A stretch of DNA of 55,398 bases, taken from NCBI GenBank assembly GCA_002269645.1, contig NIVC01004205.1, positions 1 to 55,398 on the forward strand, in the 5' to 3' direction. Shown piece by piece: positions 9,207-21,200 of this stretch; the first letter of the stretch is position 1, and every line of letters begins with the position of its first letter. The notes under the pieces are model-generated. The model saw nothing but the letters and a program-made list of their open reading frames with translations, did no database searches and was not told the origin of the DNA. The translations under genes were made by a program, and so were the position numbers. Origin of the DNA: Macrostomum lignano (taxonomy: Eukaryota).

Positions 9207-11999
9207 TCAAAGCTTTTCCACACTCGTATCCTTGACCTTGCCCTCCGTCTTATCTTTGTCCTCCCTAGCTTCGGATTTCGTCTCGACGCTTTCGGCACGC
9301 CGCAGTCGCAGAAGGCGCATCTTTTCGGCGTATTCGCTGTAGCCGTGATGAGCGTAGCACAGGTTTTTGTGCTGGAAAAACACCAGACTCATGCTAGTCG
9401 GATGGTCCCGGTCTGGCTTTGGCAGCGCCGTGGTCGCATGGCTGTCGTGCTTGGCGGCTTCAATTAGAACAGAGCCGTGGGTAAGCGCTATGGCCAGGCC
9501 GCCCATCCGGCTGTCTCGAAATAGTTCAGCACTGTCGGAGAGGAACTCTCGATTGCCTTCCGATCCTTTGCTGGATTCAGAGCCAACAGACTCGCTGCTG
9601 CGTCTCTTTGCCGACGGAGGCTGCAGAGGTTGCTCGGTGGACGCTTGTCGCTGGCACAGCTCTGGTTGGGATTGCCTAGTGAGACTCTGTTGCGGTTTCT
9701 GATTCTGTTTTTGCTGCTGCTGTTGAGGCTGCTGCTGCTGCGACGGATAGTGTGGATACTGCAGCTGATGCTGCTGAGCAGGATATTGTTGATGCATGTG
9801 AGGGTATTGCTTGTTCGGATTCTGAGGATACCGATGCGGCTGCTGATGCGGATAATCCATATCGAAAGCCGAGTGCTGCATAGAGTTGTGCTGATACGTG
9901 GGATACGGATATTGTCTATATTGAGATGGCGGAATCCCTCTAGTTTGCTGGTGTTGGTTGTAATATCCGTGCTGAGGATACTGAGGTCGCCACTGACCTG
10001 GGTAACCGCCGGGGTACTGGTGAGCCGGGTGCTCAACTGGATATCTTGGCGCGTAACCTTGGCGAGGTTGCTGCTGTAGTTGATAGTGCGGGGGAATCGA
10101 TTGGTGCCACGAGCCCATTTGTTGATAGCTGTGTTGCTGCGGCTGAGGCTGCGGCTGCAGTTGCGCCTGCTGAGGTTGTTGTATTGGCGGATACGAAGGT
10201 TGCGGAAAAGCTGGTGGATGCGGTTGCGTGAATTCTGGGCGTGGGCCGCGTGGGTGAAATTGCATGTGTGGACTAGCATTAGTGTGTTGTTGTTTCTGAG
10301 ATTGCGGATGCTGTGCGTACTGTTCCTGTAACTGTAACTGGCTTCCGCTTGAGGCACATCTAGTATCCCGAAGATTCGGTGTTTGCGGCATCGGGGGCGG
10401 TGGTGGAGGCAGCACATGCGTCGGAGGTTGAGGCTGTGGTGCCGGCGGAATCATTTGCTGAAGCTGCTGCTGCGGCTGCTGATGCCTTTGAAGCTGCTGT
10501 TGCGGTGGTGTCCATTGCACAGGCGATTTGCGAAACCAAGAGGCGATAGGCGGCAAAATCCCAACAGGAGCCACAGCGGCCATCATCGGTGGGCTAAAAT
10601 GCTGTTGCTCGTCCTTGTCTGGACTGCGGTTACTCTTAATCGACTCAAATCCACTGTCGATGCTTGCTGGCGAATGCTCTTCCTTAGACGTGACAGCTTT
10701 TCCAGCCTTCTGGTTGTGAAGTTGCTTCTGTGCACCCTGCTGTGGCTTCTGCTGTACTTGCTGCTGTGCCGACTTCTTTATCTTCTTTCTAACAGCGCAG
10801 GGGGCCATCGGAGATCCGCGAACCCGTGTCACCAAGTTGACATGTCGTAGTTCTTGGATGGCACCATTAGTTATTCTCTCGCGCTGGCCGACCTCTGAGC
10901 CGAATTCGTCCACTTCGCCGGGCATGTATCCCGGCAGCACGTGCAGCTGCTCGTCAGTCGATCGACTGGAGGTGAGAGTCACCACCACGTTGCAGCCTCC
11001 GTCTAGTGCGAACGTGTCCTTATGCGCGTGCATGCAAAAGTCAATGCAGGTTGTAACTCCGCTAAACGGTCGCTTATCTGGCGGCGCATTGCAGCCGAGA
11101 CGGCAGTCGGCGGCCAGCTGCGAGTCCTGCACTTGCGCTTGAAAAGCCTCGGGCGCTGCGGCTTCGAGCACTCGGCCAGCTACGTCAGCGAGACAGTTAA
11201 GTCTGCAGGCCAATTCAGTTTCGGCGTCCAGCGAGCGTAGGCGAAACTTTCTGGCCTGCTCTCGGGTGCGAGCGAACTTACAGGCGTTATGAAACATACT
11301 CCATGAGCAGCCGAAGCTATAAGAAGCGCCGCAGGTGGCATCATCGAATCCTTGGCAACCGCAGGTGCGGCTCTCGTTTGCAGCGCACCGACGTTCGATT
11401 GGGATGCCCTGGTGTGGGAGCTCGCCGGATAAATAATCGAATGCGCGATCAGCTAATTCTCTGGGGAGGCCCTCCCAGCTAACCAAAGCAACAACGATTA
11501 CGGCTGTGAGGCATGCGTGACCCTGGCGAACTCTGACCAGGGCTAGAAACTTCTCTTGTTCACCGGTTCGACGTAGCACCCATTTAGCTGCAGGGCAGCC
11601 TCTCTCCGTGGCCCCCTCGCGCTCACTTGGCATCACAGTTTCAATACGCAGCGATGCAGGCTGCAGGCAGAGACTGGTTTCTAGGCGGCAACGCAGCTCT
11701 TGGACAGTAGACGCAGCGCCAAGATGGCGATAGGCTGGCGGAGAGTCGGTCGAGACCATGGCCTCGGGTAGACAATTGCATACCTGTGGCGAAAGATCGC
11801 GTTTTCGGTCTTGTACAGGCGGCATTTGCTTTTTCTGTTTCCGATCAACTGCAGGCAAATACGATGTTGGCACAGCAGCAGAAGTCGTAGAGTCTGAATC
11901 TAGCTTTGGTAGATCGGACTGTTCGAGCGGAGAAGACGAAGTTATTTGATTTGTGCTCGTCGAAAAAATCGGATCACGCTTGATAACGTCTGTTTCCAT
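9207..11999 (-). CDS. TET: TET-family methylcytosine dioxygenase, single uninterrupted ORF (~930 aa from first ATG), no CXXC domain seen
   Basis: Cys-rich domain (VCNC, GCPAAKW, GHAC, RRCAANESRTCGCQG, GCSWSMFHNACKF) and a split DSBH (RPFSGVT..DFCMHAHKD, DEQLHVLP, GGLAIALTHGSVLIE..HATT..SLVFFQHK) with a long Q/P/Y/H-rich insert. Confidence 0.95.
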   Translation of the reverse strand: METDVIKRDPIFSTSTNQITSSSPLEQSDLPKLDSDSTTSAAVPTSYLPAVDRKQKKQMPPVQDRKRDLSPQVCNCLPEAMVSTDSPPAYRHLGAASTVQELRCRLETSLCLQPASLRIETVMPSEREGATERGCPAAKWVLRRTGEQEKFLALVRVRQGHACLTAVIVVALVSWEGLPRELADRAFDYLSGELPHQGIPIERRCAANESRTCGCQGFDDATCGASYSFGCSWSMFHNACKFARTREQARKFRLRSLDAETELACRLNCLADVAGRVLEAAAPEAFQAQVQDSQLAADCRLGCNAPPDKRPFSGVTTCIDFCMHAHKDTFALDGGCNVVVTLTSSRSTDEQLHVLPGYMPGEVDEFGSEVGQRERITNGAIQELRHVNLVTRVRGSPMAPCAVRKKIKKSAQQQVQQKPQQGAQKQLHNQKAGKAVTSKEEHSPASIDSGFESIKSNRSPDKDEQQHFSPPMMAAVAPVGILPPIASWFRKSPVQWTPPQQQLQRHQQPQQQLQQMIPPAPQPQPPTHVLPPPPPPMPQTPNLRDTRCASSGSQLQLQEQYAQHPQSQKQQHTNASPHMQFHPRGPRPEFTQPHPPAFPQPSYPPIQQPQQAQLQPQPQPQQHSYQQMGSWHQSIPPHYQLQQQPRQGYAPRYPVEHPAHQYPGGYPGQWRPQYPQHGYYNQHQQTRGIPPSQYRQYPYPTYQHNSMQHSAFDMDYPHQQPHRYPQNPNKQYPHMHQQYPAQQHQLQYPHYPSQQQQPQQQQQKQNQKPQQSLTRQSQPELCQRQASTEQPLQPPSAKRRSSESVGSESSKGSEGNREFLSDSAELFRDSRMGGLAIALTHGSVLIEAAKHDSHATTALPKPDRDHPTSMSLVFFQHKNLCYAHHGYSEYAEKMRLLRLRRAESVETKSEAREDKDKTEGKVKDTSVEKL

Positions 12000-13806
12000 T
12001 ACTATTCCACGATGGAACTGAGACGGGGTCAATTCAGTCTAGAAGTGATAAGCCTTAGCAGAACTGAGGCATACGCTGCTGATGCGTACAAAATCAAATT
12101 CAGTTCTTTTGACTCCAAACGTATAGCTAAATCCAAAAATTTCACAGAATCGTCGAGTTCATGACAGTGTCAGCCTCCAGTTTCTCTCCTTATGCTTCAT
12201 GCGGTAGCTCTGCGCTGCACGGAGCCTTTTTGTGAGGGATATAGTTGGTAGAGTGGAACTCGACTTTAGAAACGGGGACGGTGAAGAGACAGGCCTTGAG
12301 GGCGGGGACCAGCCAGGAGGAGTAGGTGCGTGCGCGCGTGTGCGATCGGGGGAGGCGGAGGAGGGAGAGGCCAGGACACGGCGGAGCTGCTGCAAAGCTT
12401 GGGGGAGAAGGTAGAGAGGAGGGGGGGTCTGGCCAGTTTGTTGGTACGCGAGAAGGCTAGAGGGGAGGGGGCAAGTGGAGAGAAAGAATGGGAAGGGACG
12501 GAGAGTGAGGCACCCTTTAAGCCAAGGGCACACTCGCTAAGACATACACACACACACCACACACACAAGCTGTTGTCGCGTGCATGTGCAGACGGGGGTG
12601 AGTGAGCGATGCCGTTTTTGGCTGGACAGTAGAAGAGGCAGAGTGCGCGCGTGCGCCCAATGTGGCTGCAAATTTTTGGCTAGGGAAGGCCATTTTTCAA
12701 GGGAAATGGGGCGGGCGCCTGCATGTGGGGGCCGGCGAGAGAAAGAGAAAGAGAGAGGGGGAGACAGAGAGGGCGTTCTGCTATCGTGTTGGTTGGCCCC
12801 TGGGTGAGGTTGGCACGGATTTTGTGCGCAAGCGCGCCGTGTGTGTGTATTAAACTTGGAACATGACTGTTCGCTGTTGGTTGGCACTGCGCGGCCCAAG
12901 TTCCCGTCCTCCTAGGAGACGGAGGTGGTTTTCTATGGGTCTCTCTATCCTGTGCCGATGCTAAGCTTTTGTGAACTGGACGCGCAGTCCGAATGAATGT
13001 ACTCACCGAGGAGGAAGAGTGACCCAATAACGGTTTGTATGGCGTTCAATCCGGGTGAGGCAAGGTGGAAACAGAATATAGTGAGAGGCAGAAAGAGTGC
13101 GGAAAGGGTCAGAACACTGGTCCCTCCTTTGGAGAAGTACACCCCTCGGCAGTACGCTTAACTTCCTGGGCGGGGGGGGGACCCTTGCGCTTCAGTTGGG
13201 GCGTTTCTCGGAATATGAGGGCGGCAGTTGTTCAGGAATGGAAGAAGGGTGGTGCGACGGAGGAAAAGAGAGGTGGAAAGAAAGGTGAGAGAGAGTATCG
13301 AGAGCGAGACAGAGCGGGGAGCATCTTTTCGCACCATTTCAGCTGGAATAAGAAAGGTTTATTTGGGAGTGCTCATAATACATGTAGTGACGCATTCTCT
13401 TTCTTTCCTTATTGTTTTGACCTAGCTCACTGGAAACTGGAAACTCCCTGGAAAGTGTTAGACCCTACTTCTCGCATTCTATAAGTACTATGAAGAATGG
13501 CTAGATGGTCTCATTAAGTGTCTGTTTGCACTTGAACTGTCACTAAAGCCACACCGCCAAACCTTTAACCAATTGGAGTAGTTTATACCAGATTTCACTT
13601 TTAGGCATTGAAGGAGCCTGAAATTTGTTAGAAGACTTTCCGCCAGCAGAATTGGGCTCGGAATAGGAGAGACGGAAAGAAGCGAATAGGTGAAGGAGAA
13701 CATGTTGGTTAGTAATGGATAGATAGTCTGTGCGCATGTTTTGAGCGTACACAGTCGGGTTGAGAGTAGTATGACAGAAAAAGAGAGAAAAGATCGACAG
13801 TGGCAC

Positions 13807-13818
13807 GAGAGAGAGAGA

Positions 13819-13861
<43 letters not shown>
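13807..13861. repeat. (GA)n microsatellite
   Basis: Near-perfect GA run. Confidence 0.95.
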
Positions 13862-13866
<5 letters not shown>

Positions 13867-14820
13867 AGACTAGACAGCAGACGCAGAGGAAGGCTTGAAT
13901 ATGTTGTTATCGTACGCGCAGGACATGCGATCGAGTGCTGCGTACAGCCACAATAGCTGCGTAGCTAGCAAAGGGTGAGAGGGTACGGCTCACCCCACGG
14001 CCGCGGCGTGGAGAGATGGCGGGACGAAGCCCAGAGCCCAGCCAAGATGTGAGAAAGAAGTTCTGTATCGCGCACCCACCAATATTCTACATAAATATCA
14101 CGCCTGTGCTTATCGCTGACAGTGCACGTGTACACAACGGTGGAAAGAAAAGAAGAGAGAGGAGAGAGAGAGAGAGAGCAAAAGAGAACGACAGAGGGAA
14201 AGGCTTCCGCGCAAACTCTGATTGTACATTCTTCTTGTACTGCATGTGCATTTTCAATGCAAAAAAGCTGTTGTGCTAGAGCAGCAAAGCAGAAATGGAG
14301 GTGCTGGAATCAATCACTGTGACAATTTTAGTGAGAAAAAATGTCTGCACACTGCCTGGCATTCTTACCAATAGCTCCATTTCCAATGATGATAGCTCAA
14401 CGCATCAAAATAAGCACAACTTTCTAATAGCTACTTTATAGAAATTCGTGCAATTGAAAAACTGATGTCCGTAACTGACTTTTCCTAAGAAATCGAAGGT
14501 TTTCATGAGTACTAAAGCTTATTAATAAATCGCCTAAAGTGCCCAGCTCAAAAGCCTTCCAACGAACTACTACTTACATGTCACCGATAGCTACGAGAGT
14601 AAGGAGCAAAGTACGGTTGCAAAGAAAAGTGATTATATACACGTACGCTTACTACTGCTAGTAGACAGTAGAGATCCTGATTCATAAAGAAAGGAAGTTA
14701 GTTAGGTATTCTATTAGAATGAAATAAAATTCAGTTCTTCCCTGTGTCAGCGTGTGTATGAGTGCGTGCCTGAGCTGTTTACAATATCCTGGCGCTACGC
14801 TACGCGCCAGTATATTACTA

Positions 14821-15174
14821 CGCTGCGTGCCGCCTTCAAGATCGGCCACAAGCGAGTGACCAACGCGGCTTTGTATCACCGCGCCGGCCTGGTCCATCCA
14901 AGCGACCTGTTGCGCCGTCGGTGACTCCATCTGGCAGGCCACATCATCCGCGCCGAGTCGTACTGCCCAGAGCCGGTGCAGGAGGTGCTGCTGCTAACCC
15001 TGCAGGCACCCTACCGGCGGAGGTAGGCGCGCACTCGGCGTTTCGTCGACTGCGTGCTGGCTGACGCCGGCGCCCCGGATTCGGCCGGCGGCGTGGCGTT
15101 CATTTGCGACCTGGCCTTGAAGCGCGCCCTGTGACGCAAACTGCGTATTCTGTTGTTGTTGTTGTTGTTGTTTT
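14821..15174 (+). mobile_element. 5'-truncated RTE-clade non-LTR retrotransposon 3' end
   Basis: Translates to LRAAFKIGHKRVTNAALYHRAG..DLLRRR*LHLAGHIIRAE..RRR*ARTRRFVDCV, like an RTE RT C-terminus, with two in-frame stops. Ends in a (TTG)n tail (15150-15174). TGGCGCT occurs at 14790 and 15175 (possible TSD). Confidence 0.75.
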
Positions 15175-16991
15175 TGGCGCTGGTACATGCTCAGGAGTCA
15201 GTGCAATAGGTAGACATTCCTCACCTCTGGTTGTGGGGGACGATGTCGCTGAAGGCGGGTCATCAGATGTCGAACGCTTTCCTATTTATTATTTTTATAC
15301 AGTTTTCTAGATGTACTAAATGTACTTAATGTTGCAGAAGCAGGTTAAGAAATGGAACAGACTCTTGGCTTAATTTAGTACCTCTGGGATCTGTTTCAAC
15401 TCACGAAGACAAAACGATTTCGCAACTACTAAAAGGAGTCATGTTTCTTTTAAAATGTATTAATCTTTTATTTAGCAGAAAACTAATCTTTTTTGGAATA
15501 TGCATTATTTTTTAGAAGGTTGACTAATTTCATGATAGGCGATTATTTTAACTCTTTTTAGAAGGGGTGCCTTTTACTGCTAAATAGCGAAGGCCAGTGC
15601 AGTTGCAATTAATAAATGCATAGTGACTTTTTCAACCTTGAACCCTCAGCTCGGAGAGGCGGCCTAACATGCAGCCATTTTCTACCTCATTAGAGAACTT
15701 TGGGGCATGGCAATACCTTCGCTAAGTGCATTCTCCATTCGGTTGTAAAACAAAGTAGAGCCAAACTGCAATGGTGCCGGGTTTCTGCGGGTCAGAGAAC
15801 TGATTTTGCGGCTTCATGATCCTGACAGTTGGCAAGGATCTGAAAGGGAGCCACGTACAGAGTTTCATACTGCCTCTGGGGCGGAACTAATTAGCATTTA
15901 GGCAGCTCCCTCCTTGTTGCCTTGAATGAACTTTTTCTAGTGCCGGTGGGAAGGGGAAGTGGAAACGGTGACTATGGGATCACATAATGAGGAGACAATG
16001 TCTTGTCAGTGACGGGATAATGGCAACCAAACAGTGAGTGGCAGAAACTTTCTGTGTGAGTGAATTGAAACTGGCAGTGAATGAAAGGGACAAGGAGTGA
16101 CTCGAGAGTGACTGAACAGTGAAAAGGGGTAACTGGACTGGCGGACTACTAACCAAAGGGTGGCTGAAAGACAAGGTGTGACTAGGAGAGTGGCTGAGCT
16201 ACTGAGGTTTAAGATACGTGTCGGTCCTAGCAAGAATCGACGCAATACTCCATCAGACAAGATAAGTGTGAAACGTTCGCTTAACATTCGGGCTATTCTG
16301 CAGCCCTGCATACCCTGATCCACACAGCTTGTCAACAAGTACAGCATCCTGCGTTTCCCAATCTGTCTTGACTTACCGACGCGATAGACAAAGCACCCAT
16401 GCGTCTTACAGCGGCCTACAGGTGATTTACGCTCCAAAAAATTGCGCCTTTCTATCACCGAGTTCAGGAAGCTCTAGACAATGAATTCGGAGAGGTAACT
16501 TTAAGCCATTGAAACCACTTTTCTGATTCAAGCAGTAAAAACTTTTCACAAAAATTTCAAAAATCATTTTAAGAAACTTTTTTTTGAAAATAGATCACTA
16601 AAACTTTACGAGTTATGAATTTTTTTAAAGGTCTAATGAATTTATAGAACATTCTTTGTTAGTTTCGATGTTAATTCGATTCCATTGATGATGGACACGG
16701 TATCATGGCCGATGACATCACAGAAAACTTCACAATCATGCGCCGCGAAATTTGACGCAAAAAAGTTATCAATAGGACATCCCTAAGGCTGTAGTGCAAA
16801 ACAATTTTTATTTATACGGGAAAATCGAAAAACGAATGTTTGTTTCATGTTTGTGGTGCGACGGACACAGTACAATGAGTAGCACCATTTAAAATAATTG
16901 AATATCATTTATAGAAACAAAAATTTAGCTAATTCGTCACCATGATTACAACATACGAAATGTTCGGATCACGTCATCTCAGGTGAGTTAA

Positions 16992-17656
16992 TCCAATATA
17001 CTAAAAATCAAAACTATGTACCTACCTATCTATCTATCTATAGGAACCTTCGTTTAACTTGACTTTGCGTGGTCGGAATTTCGTGGGGTTTGCTGCATTC
17101 GATGCGTATTGATGGTGCGCTGGTACACAAAATTTTGCTAAGAAATTACTTTAATTTTTAGGGATTAAATATTCGAAAAACTCGATTTTTGCCCCGTTTT
17201 TTTAAGTTTAAACAGTTTTTTTCGATTGAGAAGCATTCTGACTGCCGATGGAATTGTATTGCATCAAAACTAAGTGCCAACTATAGCATTGGTTCTCTAC
17301 ACTCGCGTGGAGAGCTACAAGCGTTGAAAGGTTGCGCAACAAATTTTAGCTATTGAAATTGAGGGGCGGGTGTTGCTATTCAATTAGTCCTGGGCATTGG
17401 CTTGGTTGTTAATTTTAATGCATCAACTTGCAGGCCTCTCACTGTAGCTGGCGCTGAATGTACACCTTTATGAATTTGACTGCTTTAAAGCAGGAATATC
17501 AAACCGTTGTTTGTGCTTCGAGTTTTTCACTTTCAGAAGAGAGCCTTGTATTGCTGGAAAGAGCTTGAAACGCTGAGTTCGGGAATATAATTTCTTTGCT
17601 TAGATTCAAAAAATTAAAAGCACAGCATTAAAAAGAAGATTCCTATGAATTTTACT
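16992..17656 (+). mobile_element. Helitron unit H0 (5' end only, diverged)
   Basis: A|TCCAATATACTAAAAAT followed by (TATC)n and a GCTAAGAAATT..ATTAAATATTCGAAAAAC segment shared with the other units. No 3' hairpin-CTAG before the next 5' end. Confidence 0.6.
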
Positions 17657-18246
17657 TCCAATATACTAAAAATGGTCTGTCTGTGTCTATCTATCTATCT
17701 ATCTATCTATCTATGTGATCGATTAGAGAAAAAATGGCTGGACCGATTTTGTTCGAACTTGCACTGTTCGATCAGAAATTTTCCCGTGACGGTACATGCA
17801 TCGTGGCTAAGAAATTGCTCAATGCTAGAGGCATTAAATATTCGAAAAACATGCTTTTTTGCAAAGGTCAAGCAAACTTTTTGACTTGAAATGCATTGTA
17901 AGAATGCTAGAGAAAAAACTGACTGGTTGAATTCTGACTCTGAAATAGATTGCATCATAACTGAATTGTAACTCTGACTTGAATTGAAAATGCAGTGTGG
18001 AAGCCTAGCACCAGACTTGATTTAAATTGCGTAACCATATTGTTAACTGATACTGACTGACTGAGAAACTGATTATGTCATAACTGCTTCGTGTGATTTA
18101 CTCTATGCTTGGATTTTAAACTGTTGAATTATATATATATATGTGCAAAATTTGATAAATGCAGCGACGATGGTTCGAATTTTCATAGAATATAATTTTT
18201 TCAATTAAAGCTTTTCAACGTCAGGAAAACTAAAAGACTTTTTAAA

Positions 18247-21200
18247 AAGAAGCGTCATGTAAAAATCATAGAAGCGTCATATAAAAATCATAGATGCGTC
18301 ATTTAAAAAATCATAGAAGCATCGTATAAAAATCATAGAAGCGTCATGTAAACAATCATAGAAGCGTCATGTAAACAATCATAGAAGCGCCATGTAAAAA
18401 TCATAGAAGCGTCATGTAAACAATCATAGAAGCGTCATGTAAACAATCATAGAAGCGTCATGTCAAAATCATAGAAGCGTCATGTAAACAATCATAGAAG
18501 CGTCATGAAACAATCATAGAAGCGTCATGAAACAATCATAGAAGCGTCATGTAAACAATCATAGAAGCGTCATATAAACAATCATAGAAGCGTCATGTAA
18601 AAATCATAGAAGCGTCATGTAACCAATCATAGAAGCGTCATGAAACAATCATAGAAGCGTCATGTAAAAATCATAGAAGCGTCATGTAAACAATCATAGA
18701 AGCGTCATGTAAACAATCATAGAAGCGCCATGTAAAAATCATAAAAGCGACATGTAAAAATCATAGAAGCGTCATGTAAAATCATAGAATCGTCCTGCCA
18801 AAATCGTAGAAGCGTCATGTAAAAAATCCTTGAAGCGTCATGTAAACAATCATAGAAGCGTCATGAAACAATCATAGAAGCGTCATGTAAACAATCATAG
18901 AAGCGTCATGTAAACAATCCTAGAAGCGTCATGTAAAAAATCATAGAAGCGTCATGTAAACAATCATAGAAGCGCCAAGTAAAAATCATAAAAGCGTCAT
19001 GTAAACAATCATAGAAGCGTCATGTAAACAATCATAGAAGCGTCATGTAAACAATCATAGAAGCGTCATGTAAACAATCATAGAAGCGCCAAGTAAAAAT
19101 CATAAAAGCGTCATGTAAACAATCATAGAAGCGTCATGTAAACAATCATAGAAGCGTCATGTAAACAATCCTAGAAGCGTCATGTAAACAATCATAGAAG
19201 CGTCATGTAAACAATCCTAGAAGCGTCATGTAAACAATCATAGAAGCGTCATGTAAACAATCATAGAAGCGCCAAGTAAAAATCATAAAAGCGTCATGTA
19301 AACAATCATTCAAGCGTCATTTAAACAATCATAGAAGCGTCATGTAAACAATCATTCAAGCGTCATTTAAACAATCATAGAAGCGTCATGTAAACAAGCA
19401 TAGAAGAATGTAAACAATCATAGAAGCGTCATGTAAACAATCATTCAAGCGTCATTTAAACAATCATAGAAGCGTCATGTAAACAAGCATAGAAGCGTCA
19501 TGTAAAAATCATAGAAGCGTCATGTAAACAATCATAGAAGCGTCATGTAAACAATCATAGAAGCGTCATGTAAAAATCATAGAAGCGTCATGTAAACAAT
19601 CATAGAAGCGTCATGAAACAATCATAGAAGCGTCATGAAACAATCATAGAAGCGTCATGTAAACAATCATAGAAGCGTCATATAAACAATCATAGAAGCG
19701 TCATGTAAAAATCATAGAAGCGTCATGTAAAGAATCATAGAAGCGTCATGAAACAATCATAGAAGCGTCATGTAAAAATCATAGAAGCGTCATGTAAACA
19801 ATCATAGAAGCGTCATGTAAACAATCATAGAAGCGCCATGTAAAAATCATAAAAGCGACATGTAAAAATCATAGAAGCGTCATGTAAAATCATAGAATCG
19901 TCCTGCCAAAATCGTAGAAGCGTCATGTAAAAAATCCTTGAAGCGTCATGTAAACAATCATAGAAGCGTCATGAAACAATCATAGAAGCGTCATGTAAAC
20001 AATCATAGAAGCGTCATGTAAACAATCCTAGAAGCGTCATGTAAACAATCCTAGAAGCGTCATGTAAACAATCATAGAAGCGTCATGTAAACAATCCTAG
20101 AAGCGTCATGTAAACAATCATTCAAGCGTCATTTAAACAATCATAGAAGCGTCATGTAAACAATCATTCAAGCGTCATTTAAACAATCATAGAAGCGTCA
20201 TGTAAACAAGCATAGAAGAATGTAAACAATCATAGAAGCGTCATGTAAACAATCATTCAAGCGTCATTTAAACAATCATAGAAGCGTCATGTAAAAATCA
20301 TAGAAGCGTCATGTAAACAATCATAGAAGCGTCATGTCAAAATCATAGAAGCGTCATGTAAACAATCATAGAAGCGTCATGAAACAATCATAGAAGCGTC
20401 ATGTAAACAATCATAGAAGCGCCATGTAAACAATCATAGAAGCGTCATGTAAAAATCATAGAAGCGTCATGTAAACAATCATAGAAGCGTCATAAAACAA
20501 TCATAGAAACGTCATGTAAAAATCATAGAAGCGTCATGTAAACAATCATAGACGCGTCATGTAAACAATCATAGAAGCGTCATGTAAACAATCATAGAAG
20601 CGTCATGTAAACAATCATAGAAGCGCCATGTAAAAATCATAAAAGCGTCATGTAAACAATCATTCAAGCGTCATTTAAACAATCATAGAAGCGTCATGTA
20701 AACAAGCATAGAAGAATGTAAACAATCATAGAAGCGTCATGTAAAAATCATAGAAGCGTCATGAAACAATCATAGAAGCGTCATGTAAAAAATCATAAAA
20801 GCGTCATGTAAAAATCGTAGAAGCGTCATGTAAAAATCATAGAAGCGTCATGTAAAATCATAGAAGCGTCATGTAAAAATCATAGAAGCGTCATGTAAAA
20901 TCGTAGAATCGTCCAGCCAAAATCGTAGAAGCGTCATGTAAAAAATCATAGAAGCGTCATGTAAAAATCATAGAAGCGTCATGTAAAATCATAGAATCAT
21001 CCTGCCAAAATCGTAGAAGCGTCATGTAAAAAATCCTTGAAGCGTCATGTAAACAATCATAGAAGCGTCATGAAACAATCATAGAAGCGTCATGTAAACA
21101 ATCATAGAAGCGTCATGTAAACAATCCTAGAAGCGTTATGTAAACAATCCTAGAAGCGTCATGTAAACAATCATAGAAGCGTCATGTAAACAATCCTAGA

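Noticed and set aside
9367-11949. Plus-strand and alternate-frame ORFs overlapping TET
   Set aside because: They are shadows of a GC-rich, CAG-rich coding sequence.
16230-16510. Possible Tc1/mariner transposase C-terminal remnant on the + strand
   Set aside because: Only a vague resemblance, two stops, and no DDE motif or TIRs found.
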